This document shows positions 1 through 12,464 of a stretch of DNA of 64,000 nt, one piece after another. The notes under the pieces are model-generated. The model made no database searches. It had not been told where the DNA came from and worked only from the letters and a program-made list of their open reading frames with translations. Origin of the DNA: Cenococcum geophilum (lineage: Eukaryota); the NCBI GenBank assembly GCA_050273025.1, contig CP158635.1:28272001-28336000 (forward strand). The letters are read 5' to 3'. Within the stretch, counting starts at the first letter, position 1. Each line of letters starts with the position of its first letter. The position numbers were made by a program, and so were the translations under genes.

Positions 1-2230
1 GATCCGTGCCATGAGGCGGAGTAACTTGTCCAAGCAAGACAAATTCCGACTCGAAGGTGAAGATATGAGAGAGAACCGGGAATTACGACACTATGTCATC
101 TCATCGATAGCTATCGAAGTTAGCAAGATCAACCCAGTAGACATTCTCAATGGACGACGAGGGCACCCTCGTCCTGACCCCGATGCCGAGAAAGTCTTGG
201 AAGGTCGACAAAGCGGTTCTACAGAATGGAGACGCGCAAGAGGCGAAGGTGGTCGTGGCACTCCGAACCAACAGAACCCTCGCGACCAACATCCACGGTG
301 AAGCATCAACAACCCTACGGCGCTTTCACCCTCTCTCATTAATTCGACACAGTCGACTTCAAAGCACTCTATCAATACGCCTCAATTGGCGGCCGCATCT
401 GGCCATCAATCCTTAGTGCTTGATTCCGGCGGCTACATCCAGTCCGCTCACTTTGGACAAGGACTGATCCTTCATATATACCAACACCATCCAGATACCA
501 CATATGTAGCCTATACGCTCTTGTACGCTAAACATATTGATATCAGCATACTATCGGTCCACGGCGCAAAGGAGTTACACGGCGCATCTGCAGGGATTTC
601 GTATTTTTGGTATCTACATGATCTCTGTTTCTACTTTTGAGGTTTGTTGAAACTGTTTTACCATGCGGTCTACTCGCCTGGCAGGCGTTTTCATTTACTA
701 TTATCTTGTCTTCAGCATTTGTTGCGGGGCGCGAAGAGCTCAGTTTTTTTCGAAGTGTGTTTTACGGCTATTACCCTTCTACCCGCGCATGCACGCATTG
801 CGCTGTTTCTACCGTTGACATTTGGTTCTGGTCTGGCGACTCGCTTTCATTTTGTTATTTGAGGTACAAACAGTACAGCGAAAGGCTTAAATCTGGTCTT
901 TTGTGCTACAACTTTTCTTTTTTGTTATGCATGGAGAGTGGGTTATCGAGGCACGACGTGATGCTCTTCACGGATCGTCAAGTTTTTTTGTCTAATGGGA
1001 TTTTGTCGCGAATGAACACGACATGAAGGCTTTTGGTCATGTCGGAGGCGATAAGGGGAAAACCGATGTGTTTGGTGGAGTGACGGCGGGGAGAGGGGGC
1101 CACGCGGCCCGTAAGCCGGGTTGTTAGAGAATCCGATAAGACTTATCTGCATTTACTCTCTTCGGCTCCAGCTCAGTTTGCAACTTCTTTTGTGATATGA
1201 GGTACTACAAGACTGCCTAATACAGGTCTATCGTGAAATTTTGCGTGGTATTGGGTGGTATTGTCAATGCTGGATGTAGTGCGACCCATTCGTGGACGGT
1301 TCGGGTTCCTCGCAAAGAGAGACGGCTTCGCCATAATCCACGTAATTGGCCACATGTGGTTGACGAGGACTCGTTCGCTTGCTGCGGAGAAGTGCGCAGT
1401 TAAGTCAGCTTTTTCCAAGGGTTTCTATTATTAGCCAAGAAGATGCTTGGCGAGGCCCGTCTCCCTCGCAAGGCAAGGTGTGGGGCTTGAGCGCGCTCTC
1501 CGACCCGTGTGTGCCGTGCTAGAGTTAAGGGAAATTTTGAGGGTATTCAAGGAATAGGGTGTCGGGCAATCATCTATTTTGAGGGGGTGCGTTGCATAAT
1601 CGCTGTCTAATTTGTTTGTTCAATGCCCCAGGGTCGCCGGGCAGGGTCCACTATTTAGGGCATTGTCGCTGGCAACACAAAGCTTGCCCCAAGAATTTGA
1701 GAGGGCGTAACAGCTCGGTAGGCATGTTGCCAAAACTTAAAGGCTTGAGGCTTGTGCAAATACCAAGAGCCGTTATGTGGATATTTTACCTAAGGGCAGC
1801 ATAATATTTCATAGTCGAAGCTTAAAATCTGCTGCTGACGACCGGGAAGCGTAGGATCTGAGGCGCACCGCCATCTGATTATCGTTTTGACCAGGTAGAG
1901 CAGTGTTCGTCGCTTTTTGAGGCTGTGGCTAGCCCAAACATCTCCCGGTTCTGCACAGACCCTACTTTCTTCAGCTGTGCCCTCCTCATCTCACTTGTGC
2001 CACTCCTACAAAAAGCCTCTGCCTGTCGCACTCGACCGAATTTTCTCATCGTTCTATCCACTTGCGTGTTTCGTACTTTTTTACGACCTCTCTTTTCCTT
2101 TTCGCGTTTACGATTAATCGTGCGTCACAAAGGGGTTATCCGCTTCACGATCGCTAGTTGAGAGACGAGGCATTAAGAAGGCGACGATTTTTCTGCCTCA
2201 CGGGAAGAAAAGAGAACCCAAACCGCAAAA

Positions 2231-3321
2231 ATGGGCAAATTAGGACGATTCGCGTGCATATTCACGCCAATGGCTCTGACCATTGCCTCGCTCTTATGTT
2301 TGTGCCTGGCCCTCTCAGGCCAGCTGAACAAGAACAATTCGTTCCAGAACAGCCTGTACTTCTTCAAAGTAAGCCTCGCAACCCTCTCCTCTGTCCAACA
2401 TATCATATATCTACTTGGCTTTGAATGGGAGCAGCCATATTAACAGATATCCAGGCTGATACGAAGAATTTCTCGGAAAATCCAAACATTCTACCAAACG
2501 AAAACGTCGACTCCACGCTCCTCAACGCCCTCAAGAACTCTGCTTCAGCCAAAGATCTCAAGGACTTCTACAAGGTCGGTCTATGGAACTACTGCGAGGG
2601 TGACACAGACGACAAGGGTGTCGAGACCGTCACCTACTGCTCGCCCCGCAAGACGGCGTTCTGGTTCAATCCCATCGAGGTGTGGGATCTGGGCAACACG
2701 ACCGTGCAGACACTGTTCCCCAAGGAGCTCCAGAACGGCTTAAGTGCATACGAGAAGGTTGCCAAGTGGATGTTTGCGGCATATACACTTGCATTCTGGA
2801 TCACCCTTGCCGAGATCGTGCTTGGAATCTTCGCCATCTTCAGCCGCTGGGGCAGCCTCGTTACCACCATTGCCTCAACTGTAAGTCTCCTTCCAGTCAT
2901 TTCCACCAGCCCGAAGAATACTAACACAGCGTACCAGGCGTCCTCCATCTTCATCACCGCGGCCGCCATCACTTCGACAGCGCTATACGGTGCTCTCGCT
3001 GGCTCGTTCGAGACGGCGCTGAAGGAGTACGAAATCAAGGGCTCCGTCGGCACCAAGATGCTTGCGCTCGTCTGGCTTGCTGTTGCGTTCTCGCTGGGCG
3101 CCGGTCTCTTCTGGCTGTTCAGCACGTGCTGCTGCTCTGGCAAGTCGAACAAGAGCAAGAAGATGGTGGTTGAGAAGACGCCATATACATATGAGCGCGT
3201 CGCAAGCCCGTACCTGGGCGCACGAAACGGCCATGAGGATACCCTGCCTCTGAACCCCGTGCCGCACAGCGGCCCGTCGCAAAATTCGGCCTATGAGCCC
3301 TTCCGGCAGACTAAGGTGTAA
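2231..3321 (+). CDS. SUR7/PalI-family four-pass plasma-membrane protein, 3 exons (2231-2368, 2455-2880, 2938-3321; ~315 aa)
   Basis: ATG 2231 with hydrophobic N-terminal helix; GTAAGC donor 2369, ATTAAC branch ~2439, CAG acceptor 2454; GTAAGT donor 2881, CTAAC branch ~2921, CAG acceptor 2937; spliced frame open; family motif VGLWNYCEG...C in the extracellular loop, three further TM helices, CCC after the last TM. Confidence 0.9.
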
Positions 3322-3832
3322 AACCGCCTATAGTTCCGAGAGTAATATCTGTAGGGTTCTCTTTATATGTGGCAGACGCGGTCATGTGGGACACTAAGGG
3401 ATGGAGCAGGGGTTTGACGAGTACGTGTTCATGGACAGGCGTTTAGTGGACTAGTCCATTCTATGGGCTAGTTTGGTTTTTGAGAACCCATCAAATTATC
3501 CTGTTCTACCCGCTGGTTAAGCGGCTATGATTTATTGTTGTGAGCTTGGAATATAGCCGCGAGCCTTTGATCACTTTTTTGGGGGTCGGATTATCCGGTG
3601 CATGTGTAATGTAATTCCATATACGTACTAACTGCCGTTCGTTGCTGGAATATGTAAAGAACAACTTTTAGCTCACTCAATGCATGGACTTTTTCGTAGG
3701 ATTTCTGGTCTTGTATTTTTCAGGTGTCGCTAGTGAGTGATCAGCCGGAGTGTGAATAGTTTTGTCCTGCTTCGCTTTCTTGGTGTTCTTCTTCGCCTTC
3801 TCAGTCTCCTCATCGACAAGTTCACTCGCATC

Positions 3833-4201
3833 CTAATCCGCATCCTCCCCCTCCACCCTCTCCTCCTCCCAAACCAACCAGCCTACTACTACAACCGTCC
3901 CCAACGCCAGCGTCGCACCAGCCAAACTCTTGCAGAACGACCACAGTGAAATAGACGCAAGCCACCGAAAGAACGGCGTCACGAGCTGCCTCCTCTCATT
4001 CTCAAGATCAGGGTTCACAGAGTACAGAATGGCGATTAGAATGAGTGCGATGATGCCGAGAAAGACGACGGTTAAGACCTGAATGACCGCGAGTAAGATG
4101 GAGATATTCTTGGTCGTGCGCAGGACTTTGAAGCCGGCGGCAACGAGCGGGGTGACTTGCTCAAAGGCAGCGTTTATTTCGCGGGAGTATGGGATGCCCA
4201 T
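3833..4201 (-). CDS. Small fungal hypothetical membrane protein (MGIPYSREINAAFEQVTPLV...), possibly truncated by a premature TAG
   Basis: 122-aa ORF with ATG, two hydrophobic segments, gene-like composition; N-terminus resembles a conserved ascomycete hypothetical family as I recall it (not searched); frame continues 51 codons beyond the TAG. Confidence 0.7.
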   Translation of the reverse strand: MGIPYSREINAAFEQVTPLVAAGFKVLRTTKNISILLAVIQVLTVVFLGIIALILIAILYSVNPDLENERRQLVTPFFRWLASISLWSFCKSLAGATLALGTVVVVGWLVWEEERVEGEDAD

Positions 4202-4227
4202 CTTGCGGGGCGTCTCCGGGCAGAACT

Positions 4228-4418
4228 TTACCTCAGCGAACTTAGACGTGATTTTTTAGCTAGCGTTGGAATAACCTCTGCCGTCTTCCGAATTGCAAAA
4301 TCACGTCTAACCTTTACCTCAGCAAGCTCAGACCATAGAATCAATTAGCGGACATACGTATATCCGCAAGCGGATATCGCTAACCTTTTTTGTCAAAAAG
4401 TTGATTCTATGGTCTGAG
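4228..4418. repeat. Left cluster of inverted repeats/stem-loops with repeated TTACCTCAGCRARCTYAGAC motif
   Basis: Perfect IRs 4242-4255/4297-4310 (14 bp) and 4327-4344/4401-4418 (18 bp); leader motif at 4228 and 4314. Confidence 0.85.
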
Positions 4419-4638
4419 AGACTTTTCCAGCATTTCTTAAGCGATCCGACTTTGTTTGTATGTGGAGCAGTCACCTTCTTGGACGAAATTGATCTACCCC
4501 CCCACGGCAGCTATTATCCTAGAAATACCGTTAAATTAATCCGCAGAAGCAGCTCTATAATCGATCAATATATCTACCCCATCAGCCCCCGCGATGTTAA
4601 GCAGAAAGCGCCGCCGAACGGGCGATTCGCCTACGCAG

Positions 4639-5000
4639 GCTCTGCACGAGGCTCTGCACGAAGCTCTGCACGAAGCTCTGCACGAAGCTCTGCACGAAGC
4701 TCTGCACGAAGCTCTGCACGAAGCTCTGCACGAAGCTCTGCACGAAGCTCCGCACGAAGCTCCACGAAGCTCTGCATACGGAGGCTTTGCACGAAGCTCT
4801 GCGTACGGAGGCGGCTCTGCACGACGGCTCTGCGTACGACGGTTCTTCGTACAACGGTTCTGCATGCGACGGTTCTGCGTACGACGGTTCCGCGTGCGAC
4901 GGTTCTGTGTACGACAGCTCTACTACGGAGGCTCTATATAAAAGCTTTGTGCAGAGCTTTATGTAGAGCTTTATGCAGAGCCTCCGCACGCAGAGCTTCG
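4639..5000. repeat. Compound minisatellite: ~10 x 12-bp GCTCTGCACGAA, then 15-bp variants (ACGGTTCTGCGTACG), then inverted degenerate 12-mers
   Basis: Read directly: 9 near-perfect units plus one variant at 4639-4758, 15-mers ~4820-4925, reverse-complement units ~4941-5000. Confidence 0.9.
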
Positions 5001-5511
5001 TCCGTACAGCCTACCCAAACAATAACTACCGAAGGTACTCTATACGTCTGTAATACAGCACCTAATACTATAGCAACTATTTTAGTATCTTATTTAACCT
5101 TTTACCTTTTTATATAATAAGTTTTTATAGTAATATACTATAGGCTAGTTTAAATATCTATAACTTAGTAGTCGGCGCATAATGAGGTTTTAGTAAGTAT
5201 ATTATACACTATAATATAGACGCTATATGTCCGCCAGGCTATAATAGGTTCTTTAGGGTGGCTATTATAGATCTATACGAGTTTTATATATATTAGCTAG
5301 CGTTTAATAAAGTTATATATAGTTACGGGATTCCTAATAACGCTTTTTTTTTTTTAACGAAAATGATCTTAACTCTGGGGGGTTGTGGGCTAATTTAGAC
5401 CCAATATCTATAAAATATTAGGTCGTCTCTCTAATCGATCAACTTTTGGTAGTATTTTAAGCCGTTGTAGTTAAGCAATTCGACCGCGAATATAGGAAAA
5501 ATCATGGGTAT

Positions 5512-8500
5512 TGTCACGGCACTAACCTGACGCATACTGTTTCATACTGTCTCGTACTATTCCCTACTGTTGGCTGGCCCACCACTAGCGACTTGGCGGC
5601 CGGCCCTACTATTTATATACAATACCCCCTTTCTACCTTCTTCCCCTCTTTATACCACAACGTAGTTATTTAGTCTACTTTATTGCAGCACTATGACAGT
5701 TTGTGGTATCTTTAATTTGCGCCCCATCGCGATCACTAATTCCCTATACCCTAGCTAATTAACCTCCGCCCTAGAGCAATCGCGACCTACGCGCACCTCT
5801 GCTAAAACCAACACGTCCCTAGTATAGTCCTAAAACAATCCTTAGTTTTTACCTAGCGCCTAAATGGGCGACACCAACGACGCCAAAATGGCCAAAACCT
5901 AGAACCCCCGCAACGTTTTCGCAGACCTATTTACAGAGACATACCCTAATATCGCGTGGATAATCCGCCGCTCCCTACCATACCCTAAGACCTTTAAGCC
6001 TAGTAAAGCTTACCTTACCCTTGTTAACTATACTAATAAGTTCCTTAATAATATTAAAGTAGGACTATAGTGTATATATAACACAAACACTACTAATAAG
6101 AAAGCTAATGAAAACCTTAGTGCCCTTATTACTTCCTAGATAGGAACTATCAACTCCTAGGCAAAGACTATTACCATTCTAAAACAATTAACCCCTATAA
6201 CAACGGTAGTAACCTAGCAAAAAAAACGGAGATCTAAAGACCCGCCAATATTTAGCGGAAAAGGCACCCTACTAAAATAATAAGCTAATTTCGAGACCTA
6301 GCACATTAAGATTAAGGGAGTCTTCGACCGGGACTAGGACTACTTTAACATAGTTTAGTCCCAGATCCTTTATATCTCGGACATACTAGAGGACAAGGCC
6401 TATAAGTTTATTAAGTAGGGCCTAGAGCTTATATACAAGAACCTAAACAACATATTTACGTAAAAATGGCCTACTAAGGAAGATATACTTAAAGACCTTA
6501 CTATCTACTATAAGGTCCTTAATATAACCTAGGTCGCAAAGAACAAGCTTAACCATTTCCCCTAAGGCAAGCGTAATTACTAGTCCTAAAAGGAAGAGCT
6601 TAACAAGCTAATAGTCCGCACTAAGAAGACAGACGAATAAAAGGTAAACCTACTCTAAAAGTTTATCTCTCTAAAGATAAAAGAGCTAGTACTTAAACTA
6701 GCCTATAAAATTAATAATAGTAACTATATAGGTTAGAGTAAGTAGATAGATATATTTACTAAAAACCTCGCAAACCATATACACTAAGCCAACCTTAAAA
6801 AGAATGCTAACTACCGCCTACCTACCTAAGCCCCTGCCCCTATATTAACCCTAACCCTAGTAGTAACTAGAGAACCTATAAACCTTAATAAAATCTTAGA
6901 CATAGAGCGTAAGCGCCGCGTTAATAATAGACTATACCTTACCTATAGCCTACCCAGCCACTAAAAGGATACCTATAACCCCGCTAAGATAGCAAACTTA
7001 GTCCTAATACCACCCTATTAAACGACGCGAATAAATAACCGCGGACGTAATAATTATAGAGTCTATTATAGACGCGGTAACCGCGAAGCCTATTATAGCC
7101 ACAGTAAATAACCCCCCCCCTTTAACCCTATAGCTTAGTTACTTTAAACTATACCCTATATAGGAGCCCAACCTATTAACAACGCCTAGTATTAGCGACT
7201 TCGCGCTAGCAAATACGAACACAGCTACGTCATTAGCGAGGTATTGTTTTCCTATACCCCAACTAAAATAAAAACAGACACTACTAGCCAGATAGACACT
7301 AGACCACCCCACTAAAACAGCCCTATACCCCAGTCGTTAAAAGGCAAACCCTTAAACTAAGTCGCGCCTAAGGGTCTAAACTATATAAGAAGGAAGATAA
7401 GAAGATTAGGTCCCTATTACTAAATCAATTAGTCCTTTCTATTAGTAAACTACTACTTAATCTTAGATTAGCAAACAGTAATAAGAAATTAATCCTTATT
7501 TAAACCTAACTCTCCTTATTACGTAACCTATACCCCTAAGTTTATATTAATATAGTAAGCCTAGTGGACTCCGGTAGTACTATAATAGCATTTACCAACG
7601 CAAAGTCTATTATAAAAAAGTATAACGTTATAACTAAGAAGCTACTAGCACTTAGGCCACTGCGCCTTATAAATAGCATCCCAACTTCGCTTATTATAGA
7701 CTACTTCACCACCTAAATATTAATTAGCCTCCATACTAAAGCTATACTCTTTTTTATTACCAAACTCTCACCCACTACCCTAATTATCCTAGGTATGCCC
7801 TAGCTTCAAAAGCACGAGCCCTATCCTAGCTTTAGGAAACTTAAAATCCGCTTTAACTTAAACTACTACTCTAAGCACTGCCTCCCGTAAGGGATAGCCA
7901 ACGTTAGTAGGGACGCCCTACGTGGATATTTAGCACTACTAAGCCTAGTGCCTAGGACTATATACAAAGCCTTAATAGTAAAAGACGTTCCTAATAAAGG
8001 GGAGCCTATATAGCTGCAAAGAAACAAGATAATAGAAAACTAGACTAACCTAGCACTTAAGACCAAAACGATAGGCTAGCCAGCCCTACTAAGACCAAGA
8101 AAGAAGGTCTACTTCGCGCCGCTACTACTAAAAAACTAACCCTAACCTAGGCACCATTTAAACCCTAGCCGCCCAGCCCAATACCTAAAACTAAGCCATA
8201 TACTATATACGCACACTATAGCTCGCGTTATAGTAAGGACTAGCTATAAAACTACCAAAACCCAAATAATAGAAACCGCGCCACCGTAACGCCTAACCTT
8301 ACACCCATCTCCCGCGCGTACCATATAGGGCCGCCGCCTCGTTTCCGCCCCCCTAGGCCGACTAAGCTATACCAGCCTAGCCGTAGCACCAGAGAGCTAG
8401 ACATGCCCTAACCTAGACGATATTAAATACACCTATACTATTAATTTTACCCAGTTCTATAAGTAAAAAAACGTAAAGGTAATAAGGATCTATATAGCAA

Positions 8501-11500
8501 AGCTAGTAAAACTAGTTAAATAAAATAAGCACCAATAGCTACTTAAAGAGCTACCTATAGGCCTAATAGAAGTACCAAACCTATTAAAAAGGTCTTTCCG
8601 CCGGCTAGTAAAAGGCAACTATATAATAAAGGAAGCCCGTAAAGCGCTCCCCCCCTATTTCTATAACTTCCTTAAGACAAATCTAAAAACTAAACCCAAG
8701 CTTTTATATTAGAAGATAGTCGACACCAATATTAAAAAATTCCTAAAAGGTAAACCAGGATTAACCCGCGAAGATATTCTACAACGCCTATTAAAGGAGT
8801 TTAGTAAATATATTAAGCACTTCCTCCCTAAAAATATAAATAAGCTGCCCCCTTACCAACCATAGGACTATAAAATTAAGATTACCCCTAGAAACTAAGC
8901 CCCATACTATAAAAATAAACCACTCTTACCTACTAAACTTAGGTATATAAAGAAGTAAATTAATAAGATACTAAATAAGGGTTTTATCCGCGAATCGACC
9001 TTACCAGCTACCATACTACTCCTCCTCGCTACTAAGCCTAATAGCGGTATATAAATCTACCATAACTACCAAGGCCTAAATACAGTCACTATTAAGAATT
9101 AATACCCACTACTACTAATCCGCGAGACACTTAACGCACTTTATAGCGCTAAGTACTTTACTAAACTTAATATAATTGCTACGTTTAACCAGATCCGGAT
9201 TACGAAGGGCTATAAGTAACTTATAGCATTTATTACCCAGTTCGGACTCTATAAGATGCTAGTTATACCATTTAGCCTCTATAACGCACCCGCTACATTC
9301 CAAAACTATATTAACTATATTCTATATAACGCCCTTAATAACTACTGCACTGCCTACCTTAATAACGTCCTTATCTTTTTTAAAACACGCGCTAAGTATA
9401 CTAAGCATATAAATAAAGTTATCCAAAAACTCAGTAATGCTAGACTTTAAATTAATATTAATAAGTCTAAGTTCTACTCTACTAAAATAAAATACCTCAG
9501 CTTAATTATTTTAACTAATAGCATAACCATAGACCCTAAGAAGATATAGGCCTTATAGAAATAGAAGGACCCAATATTAATTAAAGAACTATAACAATTT
9601 CTCGGCTTCGCGAACTTTTACTAACAATTTATCCAAGGCTACTCTACTATCACTATACCTATAACAAAACTTCTAAAGAAGGATATTAAATAGCTATAGG
9701 GACTAGAATAAGCCAAATTATTTAAGGCCCTTAAGGGAGCCTTTACTTTAGCACTAGTACTAGCATACTATAACTATATAAAGAAAACAGTGGTAGAGAT
9801 AAACGTATTAAATTAGGCTTTTAGCGGAGTCCTTTCCTAGTATAATAACGACGGAAAATTAAAACCGGTCGCATTCTTCTTTATAAAGCACTCTGCGCCA
9901 AAATATAACTATAAGATCTATAATAAAGAACTCCTAGCTATTATTAAGGCTTTAAAGGAATAGCGTCCTAAGCTATAAGGGACTAAGAAGCCGTTTAAAA
10001 TTATTACCAACCATAAAAACTTATAGACGTTTATAACTACCAAGCAGCTAAACTAGCGCTAAATCTAGTAGGCAGAGTTCTTTTTACAGTTTAACTTTAT
10101 AATTATATATAAACCCAGCAGTAAAGCTACGCTCCTTAACGCCCTAAGCTAGCTACTAAAAATAAGGCCTAAGGACGCTAATAATAAACGCCTCCGCCAC
10201 CAAGCCTAAGTCGTTATACCGCCCTAAAAAGTTAACCCTATAATCTTAAAAAAATTACTATATAAGTCCTATAACTCTAACAATATAGAGTTCGTAGCCG
10301 CTTTAGACCCTAAAATAGCCAAAAAGTTACTAAATAAGTTAATTTAACTAAAATACCAGGAGAACGAACTTGCAAGAGATATAGTGGCAGCCCTATATAA
10401 TTAGAAAGCTCGCCGTTAGCTAAAGAAAATTAGGAAATTACTTTATTGCGATAAGTTAGAATATAGTATTATTAACAAACAGATCTACTTCCGCCAATAT
10501 CTCTTCGTCCCTAACGCCCTAGACCTCTACCTAAAAGTTACCCATTACTTTTATAGCAGCGGCCCTACTAGTTACCCTAGCCGGGTTAAAACTCTTAACC
10601 TCTTAAACCAAACATACTAGTGGCTAGGAATCTCCCAGTTTACAGCTACCTTCGTTAAAGACTATACCCTATACTTTCGCACTAAGACCCCCCATTCTAC
10701 CCTATTTAGTTTTTTAAAGCCACTAAAATTACCTACCTACCCGTAAACTAATATCTTAATTAACTATATTACAACGCTGCTAGTATACTAACGCCACGGT
10801 AAGGCATATAAACATATCCTTATTATTATGGACCGCCTAACTAAAATATAACACCTTATTCTAGTAACAGGACTCTTAATAGAGGAGTTAGTTAATGGCT
10901 TTGTTAACAACGTATATAAGCTCTATAGTGTACTAAGCATAATTATCTCTAATTACGGCATATAATTTATTAGCGACTTCTAGCGATAACTAAGTAAACG
11001 CCTTAAGACAACCTTGCGACTAAGCTTAGCCTAGCACCTAAAAACAGACGGCTAAACTAAAATTATTAACGCCGCTATAAATAAATACCTTTATACTTTT
11101 ATTAGCTTTATATAAGATAACTAGGTTAACTACTTACCGCTTACTAAGTTTACTACAAATAACCAAGTTAATAAAAGCATAGGCATCTCCCCGTTTTTTA
11201 TAAACTATAGCTTTAACCCTTACCTTAGAATTAAGCCTGCTGGCCCCCGCCTACTAATACTATTAGCACAAGTAAAGAAGAAGTTCTTTTACGTAGACTT
11301 TATAGCTAACCGCTTTAAGCGGATATTAATATAGCTTAAGGCCCTAACCTGGATTTTATAGTAACGCTATAAAGATAATACTAATACCCATAGGGACGAG
11401 AGCGTATTATTCTACGAAGGTGATATAGTTATAGTTAGCTTAAAAAATATAAAGATAAATAGACCTAAGAAGAAATAGGACAATAAATGGGACGGCCTGT

Positions 11501-12426
11501 ACCCCGTACTTGCAGTATACTAAAGGGCAGTTATAGTAAACTTTTTAGACCACATCTAAGTAAACAAATCCTTTTATATATCTAAGGTCCGCCTCTAGGC
11601 TACTAAAAAGATCCCTAGCCAAGCAAATATTAATACTATAGAGCGCTGTAATATATAAAGACGAGTAGTAGAAAGAGATAATAACGGCAATATAGAAAAC
11701 AAATAGGAGTTTAAGAAAATCCTTAATGTATATAATAAAGACCCCTAGAGCCTAACTTATAAGATTAAATAGAAATATTATAAGGATATAACCTAGTAGT
11801 TAAAGGAAGACCTAAAGGGTTACGAATAAGCTATATAGCGCTTCTATAAGTAACACCCTAAGAAGCCAAGACCCCCAAACTAGGCACAAGATAAGGAAAA
11901 GTTATGCTAAGGTCGCGGCCGACCACCGCATTAAAATTTATGGTGGTTAAGATGTTATAGAACTTCGACCGGCAGTTAAAGTTATCTAATTAGCTAAATT
12001 CTCACTAAGAAACGCCACACGGACCAATTTAGGTGGCGGTATAAAGTTCTACCAACCTTACTCACTAAACTAACTAATTAGGATTTTCTATGCCCGGCAT
12101 AGAAAATCGCCATTAGCTCGGTTAAGGGCGGTAAGCAAAACTAATATCTTTACGGTAGAAAATAGGCAACCCCGTATACTGCCTATTTTTAAGTTATCTA
12201 TTTAGTTTAGGGACCAAACCGTCTAGGGGAGAGGAGTACTATCACGGCACTAACCTAACGCATACTGTTTCATACTGTCTCGTACTATTCCCTACTATTA
12301 GCTGGCCCACCACTAGCGACTTAGCGGCTGGCCCTACTATTTGTATACAATACCCCCTTTCCACCTTCTTCCCCTCTTTATACCACAACGTAGTTATTCA
12401 GTCTACTTCATTGCAGCACTGTAACA
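5512..12426 (+). mobile_element. Ty3/Gypsy chromovirus-type LTR retrotransposon, family A copy 1, full length, RIP-inactivated
   Basis: 187-bp LTRs 5512-5698 and 12240-12426; TSD GGTAT both sides; PPT GGGGAGAGGAG before 3' LTR; relic gag (DPPIFSG, zinc knuckle ~6931), protease LVDSGS ~7561, RT YL(D)(D)VLIF ~9355, RNase H, integrase, chromodomain ~11700-11860. Confidence 0.95.
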
Positions 12427-12464
12427 GGTATTGTCGGAGCGCCTAAGAAACCTTGGAATTGTGG

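Noticed and set aside
11..1152. Overlapping short ORFs at the window start (11-301, 150-416, 386-640, 637-1026)
   Set aside because: No recognisable domain or consistent splice model; 1-420 could be the tail or relic of a gene starting outside the window but I cannot support a call
2634..3282. Antisense and alternate-frame ORFs over the SUR7 gene
   Set aside because: Shadows of a GC-rich coding sequence
4228..4239. TTAC-N7-A matches resembling a Starship target site
   Set aside because: Very short pattern; no tyrosine-recombinase captain gene or cargo cluster seen in the window
4228..4418. CRISPR- or integron-like reading of the linker/stem-loop arrays
   Set aside because: Eukaryotic intron-containing context, few irregular units, no cas or integrase gene
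4401..5117. 238-aa ARSS-repeat ORF and the RASC/VQSF/AELR reverse ORFs
   Set aside because: Openness is explained by the stop-free 12-bp repeat; non-ATG start; not annotated as CDS
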